Shown here piece after piece: positions 39,020 through 48,771 of a stretch of DNA of 59,813 nucleotides. Each line of letters opens with the position of its first letter. Positions within the stretch are counted from its first letter, which is position 1. Position numbers and translations under genes: made by a program. The DNA lies in the IMG/VR virus record IMGVR_UViG_3300025113_000005, positions 1-59,813 of that record. One strand, 5' to 3'. The notes beneath the pieces are model-generated. The model saw only the letters and a program-made list of their open reading frames with translations. It made no database searches and had not been told where the DNA came from. This DNA comes from a virus (Duplodnaviria > Caudoviricetes).

Positions 39020-39611
39020 GACCTGGCTCCTTAAGACAGAGCAGTCGACACGCCTCAGCGTAGTTGCTGAAGGTAAGGCCGTGCTCGGCGTTAACGAGCA
39101 CGAGCGGCTGCCCTAGCAGCATGTCGTTGCTGTCATCGAGGATGACGTAGGTCGGATCGAAGGCGTTGAAGTCCTCCGTCCAGCGGTCGATGAACGCGTG
39201 GATCTCCTCACCTCGAGGGCGGTGAAGAACGGGCGTCACGCCGAAGTGAGAAGGTACCTCGAGCCCCATGGCGGTGAGGTACAGCTTCAGCCGGCGCAGG
39301 TGCTCAGGCGAGGCGTAGGGTACCTTGCTGTGGCAGAAGAACTTGCGGTGCGTGGAGCTAAGGATGAGCCCCATCTCGGGGTCGGCTTCGAGCAGCTTGT
39401 TCACCAGCGCGACGCAGACAGGATCCACCGTCTGCAACCCGAAGCGGGCACCGTACTCCAGGCCGTCCTCGTCCACCATGTCGAAGTCCTCCTCGTCCAG
39501 GCGGCACAGCTGCCGCACCAGCTCTGAGGTCACCGGCGTGGGGCCTATCTTCACGACCACCGAGCGGCTGCTGTTGAGCACCCCGTCGATGTCGAGAAAG
39601 AGAAGCTTCAT
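39006..39611 (-). CDS. HAD-family phosphatase (RNA-repair-type HAD)
   Basis: LFLDIDGVLN, LSST, RGEEI, YVILDD, GLT. Confidence 0.8.
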   Translation of the reverse strand: MKLLFLDIDGVLNSSRSVVVKIGPTPVTSELVRQLCRLDEEDFDMVDEDGLEYGARFGLQTVDPVCVALVNKLLEADPEMGLILSSTHRKFFCHSKVPYASPEHLRRLKLYLTAMGLEVPSHFGVTPVLHRPRGEEIHAFIDRWTEDFNAFDPTYVILDDSNDMLLGQPLVLVNAEHGLTFSNYAEACRLLCLKEPGLVLL

Positions 39612-40051
39612 TGGATCTTCCACGAGCCATCTGCCTGCCGGCAGGCAGTGCCAACGAGTTCCTCGCGCTTGCCGCCGATGTAGCCGACCTGGGTGAATTC
39701 ACGGCAGACGGTGCCCTGGTGCGGGCGAGCAGGGCGCGGCGTCACCTCGTAGCGGGTGTTGGTATCCGGGTTGTTCCACTGAGTCGTGCGACCGGATGGT
39801 GAGGTCTCGAGGGCGTAGGCAACCTTGCGGCGGTCGGCCTCGTCCATGCGGCGGCCGATATTGCTACCGACTGCCACACCAATGAGGGTACCTACGACGG
39901 TTGCAACGATCTTTCCTGTGCCACCGCCAACCTGGTTACCGACGATGCCGCCGGCGGCCCCACCGATGATGGCGCCTTGCTGCTCATTGGTCAGAGTGCC
40001 GCAGGCGGAGAGAGCGAGCGCCGCTGAAAGCGCAAGAACAGTTAGCTTCAC
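39608..40051 (-). CDS. glycine-zipper lipoprotein (17-kDa surface-antigen-like)
   Basis: LSAC lipobox; GAIIGGAAGGIVG; WNNPDT; CREF..GTACRQADGSW. Confidence 0.85.
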   Translation of the reverse strand: MKLTVLALSAALALSACGTLTNEQQGAIIGGAAGGIVGNQVGGGTGKIVATVVGTLIGVAVGSNIGRRMDEADRRKVAYALETSPSGRTTQWNNPDTNTRYEVTPRPARPHQGTVCREFTQVGYIGGKREELVGTACRQADGSWKIQ

Positions 40052-40061
40052 AGAAATCCCC

Positions 40062-40334
40062 TTAGGAGATGCAGGTGTCGGGAGCGTCGGTGACGGGCGC
40101 ATGCCGGCGCTCGTATCCCAGGTTGCGAATGGTGGCGCTGCCCACCTCGGGATCGATGGTCCAGACGAGGTCGTCGCCGACCCGCCAGTCAGCGGCCTCG
40201 ATCCAGGCGGCGCTCAGCGTCATGAGCCCCGAGCCGTCAGGCAAATCGTGAAACTGGATGTCAGGCCCTTCAGGATCGTGCGATGGGTCGCCTGGCAGCT
40301 TGTCGTCTGAAACGGAGAGGTTGAAGGTAGTCAT
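40062..40334 (-). CDS. AbrB/MazE-like small protein
   Basis: WRVGDDLVW pattern. Confidence 0.45.
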   Translation of the reverse strand: MTTFNLSVSDDKLPGDPSHDPEGPDIQFHDLPDGSGLMTLSAAWIEAADWRVGDDLVWTIDPEVGSATIRNLGYERRHAPVTDAPDTCIS

Positions 40335-40374
40335 AGCAGCATTCTATATCAACTGTGCCGAAAAAGATACTGGC

Positions 40375-40518
40375 TCAAGCAGGTTGATCGTCCTTAGGCG
40401 GGTCATCTTTTGGTTGATCAGGTGGCTTAGGTACAGGTGGCTGGTGTACAGGAGGGACGGGGCTTGTCCCCTTCTTGACTGGTGGGTGTCGTTTTGGCAG
40501 GTGCTTGAACCAGCTCAT
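40375..40518 (-). CDS. 47-aa Pro-rich peptide (not in ORF track)
   Basis: own translation: MSWFKHLPKRHPPVKKGTSPVPPVHQPPVPKPPDQPKDDPPKDDQPA. Confidence 0.4.
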   Translation of the reverse strand: MSWFKHLPKRHPPVKKGTSPVPPVHQPPVPKPPDQPKDDPPKDDQPA

Positions 40519-40520
40519 AC

Positions 40521-41231
40521 TTACTGGTCGGTTCGATTCAACCACTCAGGCTTGTCGACCCAGGAGTTGGAAATAAGTGCCCAGTGCCCATCGCTTTTCT
40601 TTAGATTCAGCGCGTCGAAGTGATGGGGACGAATATATGTTATGACCCTATCTGCGTCCCTCTTGTAGGTAACGGCGAGGGATCCACTTGACTGCTGCAT
40701 CTCGATCTTTTCAATGCGGCCTTGAAGCTCCTGCACAAATGGTTTGCCGGGGCGCGCCACCAGATAGGACGTGGCGGCGTAGTCAACAGGTACCCCCTTG
40801 TCAAGGAGCTTCTTCGTCAGCTTGGCCGCCAGCGGCAGGCCCGCCTCATCGTCCAGCGCCTCCTCAACTGATTTTGTCTTGTCTCGATTGACGATGACAA
40901 GCCCACCTTTGCCGTCTGGCTTTAGCGTCAGGTGCTCGTCGCTGTCAGGCGGCAGCAGGTGCCTACGGGTCTTGACAGTTGGATCACGAGTAAGCGACCC
41001 GTTGAAGACCAGTCGAAGATGGACCGTGTAGGGCCTATCCAGCGGGGCATCCATGAAGTGGACGGTTGACTGCTTCGTGACCTTGACCGGTTCCGCCATG
41101 GTGACCTCACCGTCGGCGCCGCGTGAGCGAATGTAGACCTTCGTGCCCTTCTTGAGGGCGTTCATGATGAGCGTCCAGAAAAGCGGGCTCTCCTTCTCGT
41201 CTCTAATCTCAAGCAGCTGGCGGACCTTCAT
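40521..41231 (-). CDS. family B repeat protein (2 domains)
   Basis: MKVRQLLE; SPLFWTL..; VEEALDDE GLPLAAKL..; TAAATA at 41237-41242. Confidence 0.7.
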   Translation of the reverse strand: MKVRQLLEIRDEKESPLFWTLIMNALKKGTKVYIRSRGADGEVTMAEPVKVTKQSTVHFMDAPLDRPYTVHLRLVFNGSLTRDPTVKTRRHLLPPDSDEHLTLKPDGKGGLVIVNRDKTKSVEEALDDEAGLPLAAKLTKKLLDKGVPVDYAATSYLVARPGKPFVQELQGRIEKIEMQQSSGSLAVTYKRDADRVITYIRPHHFDALNLKKSDGHWALISNSWVDKPEWLNRTDQ

Positions 41232-41239
41232 GCTGGTAT

Positions 41240-41815
41240 TTAGACCTCAACGGTGACAAACCACCTGTCACCGCTCTTTTTCAGCTTTAGGTTGCGGTGA
41301 TGCACGTAGCTACCTGGGTAGACCACGTCACGGAATCCATGGGAACCGCCCTTCACGTTCAATGCCAGCGCGTCATCTCTCCACGTGTAGCCGCGCACCA
41401 GCATCGGCTCATCTCCAAACTCGGAGTCCACCAGGTAGACCGCAGGCCCGCCCTTCTTGAAATGCGCCGCAAGCAGCTTTGCCAGCATGGACGCGAAGAT
41501 TGGTCGATCTTTCTCCTCAGTCAGATCCTCTTCGTCGGAGTACCTGTGTTGAACAACCTGCCTGTCCCCTTCTTTGCGGATGGTGTAGACCTCGTCCATG
41601 CCGTTGAACTTCAGGAAGCGGGTGAGCTGCCCGCCTTCAGGGTCGTGGAGATGCAGGGATGCCAGGTGTCTTCCCACTGCATCGACTACACGTGAAACCT
41701 GAAGCACCTCCCTGCGCACGGCGTCGCTGTCGGCGTAGTAGAGTGTTCCACTGTCGACCAGCCTGCGCATCATCGTCATCAGCAGAGGCTCCTGGTGGAG
41801 TTCGAGCAGCTTCAT
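41240..41815 (-). CDS. family B repeat protein (2 domains)
   Basis: MKLLELHQEPLLMTM; DLTEEKDRPIFASM. Confidence 0.7.
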   Translation of the reverse strand: MKLLELHQEPLLMTMMRRLVDSGTLYYADSDAVRREVLQVSRVVDAVGRHLASLHLHDPEGGQLTRFLKFNGMDEVYTIRKEGDRQVVQHRYSDEEDLTEEKDRPIFASMLAKLLAAHFKKGGPAVYLVDSEFGDEPMLVRGYTWRDDALALNVKGGSHGFRDVVYPGSYVHHRNLKLKKSGDRWFVTVEV

Positions 41816-42972
41816 CTGTCGTGTCCCTTTACCCACCACTCATCACCGCTCTTTGACTTCTCAAGACCGAGGTTCTTGATCTTGTCGCTGCCGAGCACCC
41901 TCTTTACATCTGAGATGGCGGCATCGTTGGTGTGAAAGATGTCCACGAATGGGGGATTATACCGCGGAGGGATTCCAGTTTCTACGTCGTAGACCTGGCG
42001 CACCTTCGGCCCAATTCGAATGTTGATCGTCTTGCCCGTTTTCAGCAGCTTCTTTAACAGCGTCATGAACAACGGGTCTTTTCCATCATCAAGATCTTCA
42101 CTTACCTGGCCCTTCTTTCCAAGCACCCACTTACCGTCCATTGGGCGCCTCTTCAGCGTGAGGTCCTCACCTTCCTCAAATGTGTAGCCGAAGGTATCGT
42201 TCTGGATGTGAACACCGTCATAGAACTCCACCTCGAGATCAATGGTGCCGAAGTGATGATTCACGAGCATACCGTTGATCTTGCAGGCGGTTGCACCGTT
42301 GCCGTCACCGAAGTCGTGGTACAGCACGACGGTCTCCTTCGCCTTCAGGAGGCGGTCGATCATGCCAGCGATGATTGGCTCCTTATGGCCGGCCTCTTCT
42401 TTGAGGTCTACCTGGTCAGGGCCATCCAGCAGAAAGCCATCCTTGGTCTTGACCAGCTTCCAGTCGCGTAGCTCCTCAGGATAGATCTCAAAGGCAGCTA
42501 CCTTGGAGTCATGTCGGCCCATGTAGACGACCTCTATCTCCAGCTTTCCATCTGGGTGCATGAGCAGGTTGTCAATCTCACCATAGACCTGGTCGTCATC
42601 GATGCGCAGCCAGGTATGCAGCTTTCCAGCGCGCGAGTGCTTCTTCAACAGGTCGTAGAAGACCTGGCTGGCCAGCGGGGCCTCAGACCCTTCCTCCACC
42701 TTGTCGCGCTGGGTCAGCTCAAAGCTGCCATCGGGTTGGCGCTTCAGCTGCCAGATGGCGTCGCTGTCGTCATGAAAGCGACGAAACGTTCCTGTGCCGC
42801 TCGGTTTGACGCTGAAGAACGCCTTGACGTGGGCGTCGTTGTTGACCTGGTCGCCATCTGGAAGGTCCTCAATCCTCTGAAGTCGGTAACGCAGGCTACC
42901 AATCGGCAGGTAGACCTCTGTGCCTTCCTTGTGGAACTTGCGAAGGAGCCGCACGATGAGCGGGTCAGTCAT
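41812..42972 (-). CDS. family B repeat protein (4 domains)
   Basis: DPLIVRL / KVEEGSEAPL / DLKEEAGHKEPI / QVSEDLDDGKDPLFMTL. Confidence 0.7.
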   Translation of the reverse strand: MTDPLIVRLLRKFHKEGTEVYLPIGSLRYRLQRIEDLPDGDQVNNDAHVKAFFSVKPSGTGTFRRFHDDSDAIWQLKRQPDGSFELTQRDKVEEGSEAPLASQVFYDLLKKHSRAGKLHTWLRIDDDQVYGEIDNLLMHPDGKLEIEVVYMGRHDSKVAAFEIYPEELRDWKLVKTKDGFLLDGPDQVDLKEEAGHKEPIIAGMIDRLLKAKETVVLYHDFGDGNGATACKINGMLVNHHFGTIDLEVEFYDGVHIQNDTFGYTFEEGEDLTLKRRPMDGKWVLGKKGQVSEDLDDGKDPLFMTLLKKLLKTGKTINIRIGPKVRQVYDVETGIPPRYNPPFVDIFHTNDAAISDVKRVLGSDKIKNLGLEKSKSGDEWWVKGHDR

Positions 42973-43318
42973 CGTCGTTCTCCCTCTCGCGCCGCATGAA
43001 GGTCAGCACTCCGTTTCGTTTCCTTAAGGTGAAAGCGGCGTCAAACATCGCAGGTGTCGGGGCGCGCCAGCGCCAGTCCTTGCTTACAGTATCTCCATCA
43101 GCATCGGTGGTGTGATAGCCGATGTTGAAGATATCCTCAGCAGACCAGTAGTCAATGGTGCTGATCAACCCGAAGTGGCGGGTATCAGCCTTCTTGCCAA
43201 GTAGCTCAGGTGTAGTGATGTCGATGAAGATCGGCTCACCTTTTTGTCTGGCCTTGTCCATCATTGTTATGACCAAACTTTCTCGAGCCTTCGGTGTTAT
43301 GATTTCAACTAGCTTCAT
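42965..43318 (-). CDS. family B protein (1 domain)
   Basis: MKLVEI; SLVITMMDKA..FTLRKRNG. Confidence 0.65.
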   Translation of the reverse strand: MKLVEIITPKARESLVITMMDKARQKGEPIFIDITTPELLGKKADTRHFGLISTIDYWSAEDIFNIGYHTTDADGDTVSKDWRWRAPTPAMFDAAFTLRKRNGVLTFMRRERENDDD

Positions 43319-43667
43319 CGTCAGACCCAGGTTTGCGGTTGCCGAAGAACCACCTGCCTTCGTGCTTGTAGAGCTGCATGCGGTCGAACTTCAGGCGGTT
43401 CACACGAACGTTCTCCTTCCTGAAGCTGGCTGGCTTGTCCAGCGTCGCAGCGAGCGGTACCTTGTACCAGATGAGAAAGGTCTCTGGAAAGTTGGAGCCT
43501 GCTGGGGACGCCGTGTGAATGATGTCATCGAGGTAGCCGCTGTGCCAGCGCGTGTAGTCGTTGTGGTACTCCATCCAGTCGAAGGTGACCTGCTCTCCCT
43601 TTTGAAGTAGCTTCTGCAGCAGCGTGAACTGCAGCGGCGTCTCACCAAGGACCTCACGCAGCTTCAC
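43305..43667 (-). CDS. family B protein (1 domain)
   Basis: MKLREVLGETPLQFTLLQKLLQKGEQV. Confidence 0.65.
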   Translation of the reverse strand: MKLREVLGETPLQFTLLQKLLQKGEQVTFDWMEYHNDYTRWHSGYLDDIIHTASPAGSNFPETFLIWYKVPLAATLDKPASFRKENVRVNRLKFDRMQLYKHEGRWFFGNRKPGSDDEAS

Positions 43668-44616
43668 GGTTGGTGACCTCGATGACGGGGTTGTTATTCA
43701 TGTCCTTCTTGTTTCGGAGCGTGTAGGCGCTGTCGGCGTCCGCACCGAAGTAGAAGACTGAGACGCCACCACGGGGTCCCTTGACAAGCGCCTTGTACTG
43801 GTTCGGTCCACCTTGGGCAAAAGCCAAGGCCGGGACCGGTTCCAGCGGCTTGATTATCCAGCCCGTCAGCCTACCAGCCGACAGTTTTTTGAGGTTTACC
43901 CTGACCGCTCCCTGCTTCTCGAGGCGGCGGTTCATAAGGGTGACGATAAGAGGTTCCTCCTTCCCCTCAGCGATATCCACGCTGCGTGGTACGCTGACCA
44001 TTCGAAGGGCGTGGCCATCTTTGAACTTGACCAGCTTCCAGCTGTCGTAGATCTCACTGGCGATGGTGTAGGTCTGCTTCTTGCCGGTCTTTCCGTTCTC
44101 TAGCTGTAGCTTGACGAAGTCGTGACCGAAGCCGCCTGGCTTGTAGGAGTGGTCCAGCCGCATGATCTCGTTGCCACCGGCGGCGAAGTAGAACCTGCGG
44201 TCCTTTCCAAGTCCGTCGAAGATGATGCTGGCCCAGAGCGGGGCTTGCCCTTCAGCATGCAGCCCCTCCTTTACCTTCTCGGTACGGTTGACCAACTTGA
44301 TGTAGCTGCCTCCATCGGCGGTCGGAAACTTCTTCAGCGTCAGGGTGTCCCAGATGGCAGCGTCTATGGTGGCATAGATGGGGCTATCATGCGGGGCCTT
44401 GTGTCGCCTAACAGCAACTCGCCAGGCAGGCTTGCCATCACCGCCCACCTTTAGCGGTTTCTCAGGTGGTTGCTCAACCCATCCGTTCTTTCGGCCGCTG
44501 GAGACGTAGAAGTCAGCCTGAATCCGACCGTGCTTGCTGAGGGCGCGCCGCAGCATGGAGACGGTGAGGGGCTCATCTTCAGCTTCACGCAGCAGGCAAA
44601 GTTCAGCAAGGCGCAT
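43654..44616 (-). CDS. family B repeat protein (3 domains)
   Basis: LREAEDEPL / KVKEGLHAEGQAPL / DIAEGKEEPL; TAAATA at 44621-44626. Confidence 0.7.
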   Translation of the reverse strand: MRLAELCLLREAEDEPLTVSMLRRALSKHGRIQADFYVSSGRKNGWVEQPPEKPLKVGGDGKPAWRVAVRRHKAPHDSPIYATIDAAIWDTLTLKKFPTADGGSYIKLVNRTEKVKEGLHAEGQAPLWASIIFDGLGKDRRFYFAAGGNEIMRLDHSYKPGGFGHDFVKLQLENGKTGKKQTYTIASEIYDSWKLVKFKDGHALRMVSVPRSVDIAEGKEEPLIVTLMNRRLEKQGAVRVNLKKLSAGRLTGWIIKPLEPVPALAFAQGGPNQYKALVKGPRGGVSVFYFGADADSAYTLRNKKDMNNNPVIEVTNREAA

Positions 44617-44632
44617 CTGCTATTTACGGAGC

Positions 44633-44663
44633 AAAAGAAAGGGGCTCCCAGCTGGGAGCCCCT
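44633..44663 (-). terminator. intrinsic terminator
   Basis: GGGGCTCCCA/TGGGAGCCCC hairpin followed by TTTCTTTT. Confidence 0.75.
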
Positions 44664-44689
44664 GAAACCACAAGGAGATATGGGTATGG

Positions 44690-45438
44690 CTATAGAGCTG
44701 GGTAGATCATGTTGAGCCAGATGTTGGTGATGCGCTTCACCATGCGTTTCTCGTACGAGGCGGCAGCGTGCTCAGGTGTAAACCGTCGCAGCTTCTTGCC
44801 ATCGGGACCCCACTTACCAAGGACCTCGCTTTCGACCTCACAGACGACCTGCTGTTTGAGGTTCTTGGAGTAGTACGACTTGTACTCGCGGTACCCGAGG
44901 TAGGTGCCGAGGTAGGTGTTGATGCCACCGCTGTAGCCCTTGGTCACGACCACCACCTTCTGACCGGGCTGGATGACCTGGTTGAAGTTGTTGGTGAAGG
45001 GCTCCGCGAGGTAGGGCTTCACTTGACCTCTCCCAGGGTCACGGTCACGGGCACCGCCTCCCAGCGCTCGCGCCAGTCGTGCTTGATGGCGCGCTTGTTC
45101 TTGCGACCTACCACCGAGTTGGCGGAACCACGGGTGTACAGCTTCGGCACCGCGTAGGCACCGTAGCCCGATTCGTAGGCGTGCGATCCCACTGCGCGGA
45201 TCACAAAGAGCGGCTGGTCAAAGGTGCTCATTCACTTCTCCACGATTCGAAGGGTGATGCCCTGCTCGGTCAGCTCAAGCTGGCCAAAGTGCTCATTGGC
45301 ACGAAGATGGCCGACCCCAGCCGCCCGTAGCACCTCAGCGAGCTTTGACCACGATACCGAGGAGGACATCCCGCTGCCAGTTACGTCAGACGTCCCGACC
45401 ACCTCGTGGTGGCGGTCCAGCTGGATAACTGGCTTCAT
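44690..45438 (-). CDS. three small hypothetical genes (44690-45022, 45019-45231, 45232-45438)
   Basis: tightly coupled ORFs. Confidence 0.5.
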
Positions 45439-46496
45439 GCCGACTTTCCTTCGGTGAACGCCTTTCCGACGCCGGGCCAGTAGAGGAGCGTCGTGCCGGC
45501 GACCACCTTGCGGTTGACGCTGGTCGACTGGATGAAGACGTTCCACTCGCCGAGGTCGGCAGGAGCGACGCGGCAGTCACCGTACTGCGGCAGCCCGGCC
45601 ATCTGGCGAGCAGCGGGACCGGCGTAGACCGCGCCGGTCTGCTTGTTCTGCACAGCGATCAGCTTGTAGTCCTGGACCTTCGGCTCGGTCTTGGTGAGCT
45701 GGTAGAACGCGGCGCCCTTCAGCATCTTGCCGCCGATGCGACCTTCCACGAAGTCACGGATCTGCACGTCGTGGTCCTTCTGGGCGACCGGCAGCAGCTG
45801 GACCTCGGCGCCGATGTCCTTGCAGACCAGCTTGACGTCCTCGAGCTTGACGTCGGCCATGTTCGCGTAGAACTTGGTCGTGCTCTTGACGCCGCGCGAG
45901 CGGTCGGTCATGTAGGCAGTGAAGGCCTGGGTCGTCGCCTGGCTGGCGGCCTCAACACCGCGCTGCGACTGGTCCCATTCGAGGATGTTGCCCTCGGGGA
46001 TGCCGTGGCGGGCCAGGGTGCGTGCATCGCCGCGCGGCACGCGGAAGACGAAGGTCCAGCGGTCGGTGTTCTGCAGGCGCTTGATCTCGGCAACGAGAGA
46101 GGAGGCGGTCCAGCGGCGGCTGGAGTTCTCCTGGCCGTCGGTCGTGACCATCACGAGGAAAGCGACGTCTGGGTCATCGAAGTCGGGGAGGGCCTTGAAG
46201 TCGTCGATGACGGCGCCAACGGCGTCCCAGAGCGGGGTGCCGCGGCCGCGAGCCGAGTACTGGCTTTCGACGATGGGCTGGAGGGCGTTGACGGAGGAGT
46301 TGCGGACAACGTGGCGCACCTGGTCGGTGCCTTCGTAGCCGAGCTCGACTACTGAGACGACGGTGTCCTGTCCGGTGGCGTGGGACGCCTCACGAACGGA
46401 GGCGATGGTGGCGTTGTAGTCGCGGGCGGCGTGACGAGCGATGCTGCTCATGGAGCCGGAGTGGTCGCGGGCGAAGCCGATGTAGCTCTTGGTCAT
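45435..46496 (-). CDS. vWA-domain protein
   Basis: MIDAS motif DHSGSM, GTPLWDA, TDGQEN. Confidence 0.8.
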   Translation of the reverse strand: MTKSYIGFARDHSGSMSSIARHAARDYNATIASVREASHATGQDTVVSVVELGYEGTDQVRHVVRNSSVNALQPIVESQYSARGRGTPLWDAVGAVIDDFKALPDFDDPDVAFLVMVTTDGQENSSRRWTASSLVAEIKRLQNTDRWTFVFRVPRGDARTLARHGIPEGNILEWDQSQRGVEAASQATTQAFTAYMTDRSRGVKSTTKFYANMADVKLEDVKLVCKDIGAEVQLLPVAQKDHDVQIRDFVEGRIGGKMLKGAAFYQLTKTEPKVQDYKLIAVQNKQTGAVYAGPAARQMAGLPQYGDCRVAPADLGEWNVFIQSTSVNRKVVAGTTLLYWPGVGKAFTEGKSA

Positions 46497-46629
46497 TTGT
46501 AAACCTTTCAAAGTTGGGTCAAACTGAAACGAGTGGAAAACTGCCGGCTACCTTGCCGACTGGGTATTTATACTGGCTGGGCCATAATATCACGGATCGC
46601 TGAGGTTGTACACCTTCAACCTGCATGTC

Positions 46630-47016
46630 CTATCCCCTGGCTGAGGTCTGCACGTTGACCATCCATACGTTCTCATACAGCTTCTTGAGGAGAAGCGAAC
46701 CAGATACGACACGAACTGGAATGTTGAACAGGACGGGTTTGCGGGTGAACTTGAACTTGGTGGGGTCGGTGACCTTACCAGGGTCCTTCGGTCGAGGAGC
46801 GTAGGTTAGCTGCACGCAGGGCTCCATCTGCTGATCAGTCGATCGGCAGTCTTGGTAGGTAGCTGCCGGAAGGGCTGAGTCAAGGTGTTCGATTGAGACC
46901 AGCTTGCCACGAAGGTTGCCAGCCGAGAACACGAAGACCCGCTCTTCGCGCTCCAGGCGGGTGCGAATGAGCCTCAACGCGAACAGCTCGAGGTCGGTGC
47001 TATCATCTTTGATCAT
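46630..47016 (-). CDS. divergent family B-like protein
   Basis: LFALRLIRTRLEREERV..LLLKKLYENVWMV. Confidence 0.5.
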   Translation of the reverse strand: MIKDDSTDLELFALRLIRTRLEREERVFVFSAGNLRGKLVSIEHLDSALPAATYQDCRSTDQQMEPCVQLTYAPRPKDPGKVTDPTKFKFTRKPVLFNIPVRVVSGSLLLKKLYENVWMVNVQTSARG

Positions 47017-47073
47017 GGTGCATTGTATCACAGCTGCGCGAGCTGAGATGTAACAAATCCACCTGTTACAGTT

Positions 47074-47871
47074 TCACCTGATGGAACAGGTGCGCGCCTT
47101 CAGGCTGGCCGCCGAGGCTGTCAAGGGCCAGACCTGCTCAGCGAGGGTGGCTCCCGACGGTACCGGCAGAGTGTACCCGGCGCGGCGCTGCACCTCATAG
47201 AGGCTCGTGCGGAAGGCCTCAGGAGGCGCCTGTGAGGCCTGGTGCGGGTAGATGAAGGCCACTACCTCCTTTGTCTGGGTGTCAACCAGGACCTTCCAGA
47301 AGGCGGTGGGCACGGCCACTTGGTTACGACCGATGGTCGTGGCCCCCTTGGTGGGGGAGATGGTCCCGACGTAGATGAGAAGCGGGCTAGAGCGACCAAC
47401 GGCCCAGGAGCGGGTGCGGTTCTCAAGCGCCTTCCACGCGCCGCGGTTCAGCCCGCGCAGCTGTGGAGCGGCGTTGCTCAGCACGTTGACGTCGATCGAC
47501 GCCTGGGCTGACCAGCGAAAGTCGGCGCTGCTGGCGAGGTGTCCTATCTCATGACCGCTCTTAGAGTAGTCCTTGAGCTCCGCGCGGCCACCGCGCTTAA
47601 GAGCAGGGTCAGGCACGAAGCCGGTGTCGCGTGAGGCGCAGCCAACGGCCCGCTCGGGGGTCAGAACGTAGGCGACCCACAGGGCCGTCTTGCCGACGTT
47701 GTCGTGCTCAAGCGCGTAGCCTGGTCGGCAGATCAGCGTCGTGTTTGAACGCGCGCTCTTCGGTTGCCCAAAGGGCAGGTGCTGAGCGCACTGCTCTATC
47801 GGAAGAGGTGGGCTAGGCGCCGCTGTAGCAAGCAGCGGAAGCAGCGCTAGAAACGTGGTTAGCAGCTTCAA
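47074..47871 (-). CDS. secreted DNA/RNA non-specific endonuclease (NucA/EndoG family)
   Basis: EIGHL (DRGH-like), SNAAPQ..LNRGAWKALE, VPTAFWK; signal peptide. Confidence 0.88.
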   Translation of the reverse strand: MKLLTTFLALLPLLATAAPSPPLPIEQCAQHLPFGQPKSARSNTTLICRPGYALEHDNVGKTALWVAYVLTPERAVGCASRDTGFVPDPALKRGGRAELKDYSKSGHEIGHLASSADFRWSAQASIDVNVLSNAAPQLRGLNRGAWKALENRTRSWAVGRSSPLLIYVGTISPTKGATTIGRNQVAVPTAFWKVLVDTQTKEVVAFIYPHQASQAPPEAFRTSLYEVQRRAGYTLPVPSGATLAEQVWPLTASAASLKARTCSIR

Positions 47872-48593
47872 CGCAGCTTGTGCTTGTGCTTGTCGATGAG
47901 GTCGATCAGCCATTCCTCAGGCTGTCCACCATTCGTCACGTCCTTGGGCAGGCTGACTACGTAGACTTCTGAGCCTTCGCCCTGAGCCATGGCTCTCATC
48001 TTCATCATGTTGCCCATTTGATGGGCATGGGCGTCGTATGGGTCAACCTTGACCAGGTTCTCAATCTCAAGCGACTTGCGGAAGTTGCCCGACCCCTCAG
48101 GCGTCTCCTTGAAGGAGGGTCGGGCAATGAAGATGAAGCGGTCGTTCTCGTCGTCGAAGTCCTCGTCGTCCTTGGTGCGCGCCGCCTTCTTGAGGGCCAG
48201 CTGCAGCTTGATCGCGGTCTCACGGTTGACGTGCGTCTTCAGGGTGTTCAGCGGAACCTTGTCGAGCAGCTGGTGAAGGGCAGCTGGACCAAGCTCAAGA
48301 GCTCCTTCAGCCATGGCTCCGAGCATGACGCCGGCCTGCTGGTGCAGCGTGCCGTCCCAGTTTCCTCGGTTGTCAGGATGAGCAGCGGCCTTCAGGATGG
48401 AGGGCAGGAAGCTGAACAGCTTCGTGGGGTCGAATGCCGCGTGTTTATGGATGCTCTTGTCGAGGATGTCGCCGAGCATCTCCTCGTTGCCGCCGAGCTT
48501 CTGCAGCAGCTTTACCATGCCGCCGGCAGTGTCAGACTGCCAGAACTTGGTTAGGCGGTTAGGAGCTGATTCGCGAAGTTGATGAAGTAGCAT
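47868..48593 (-). CDS. hypothetical late protein
   Basis: MLLHQLRES; TAAATA at 48598-48603. Confidence 0.65.
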   Translation of the reverse strand: MLLHQLRESAPNRLTKFWQSDTAGGMVKLLQKLGGNEEMLGDILDKSIHKHAAFDPTKLFSFLPSILKAAAHPDNRGNWDGTLHQQAGVMLGAMAEGALELGPAALHQLLDKVPLNTLKTHVNRETAIKLQLALKKAARTKDDEDFDDENDRFIFIARPSFKETPEGSGNFRKSLEIENLVKVDPYDAHAHQMGNMMKMRAMAQGEGSEVYVVSLPKDVTNGGQPEEWLIDLIDKHKHKLR

Positions 48594-48631
48594 CTCGTAT
48601 TTATGCTCTAACAACCTGGGACACTGCCACT

Positions 48632-48771
48632 GAAGCCACGAACAAGGACTGCGATCGGCCGTTAGACCGAGGATTCGAACCTCCCCTCCTGATCTTCCGA
48701 TCAGGCGTGCAACCAATACACCTGGCCCCCGAATGGTGGAGGATAACCAATCAGCTTCGGTTCACGACTTC
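48632..48771 (-). ncRNA. Y RNA-like ncRNA enclosing a tRNA-like domain
   Basis: GTCGTGAAC-CGAA-GCTGATTGG-TTATC ... D arm, long stem, GGTTCGAATCC ... CCGATCGC-AGTCCTT-GTTCGTGGC. Confidence 0.6.

Noticed and set aside
45435-46496. Ro60/TROVE protein partner for the Y-like RNAs
   Set aside because: The vWA domain is N-terminal and there is no TROVE helical domain
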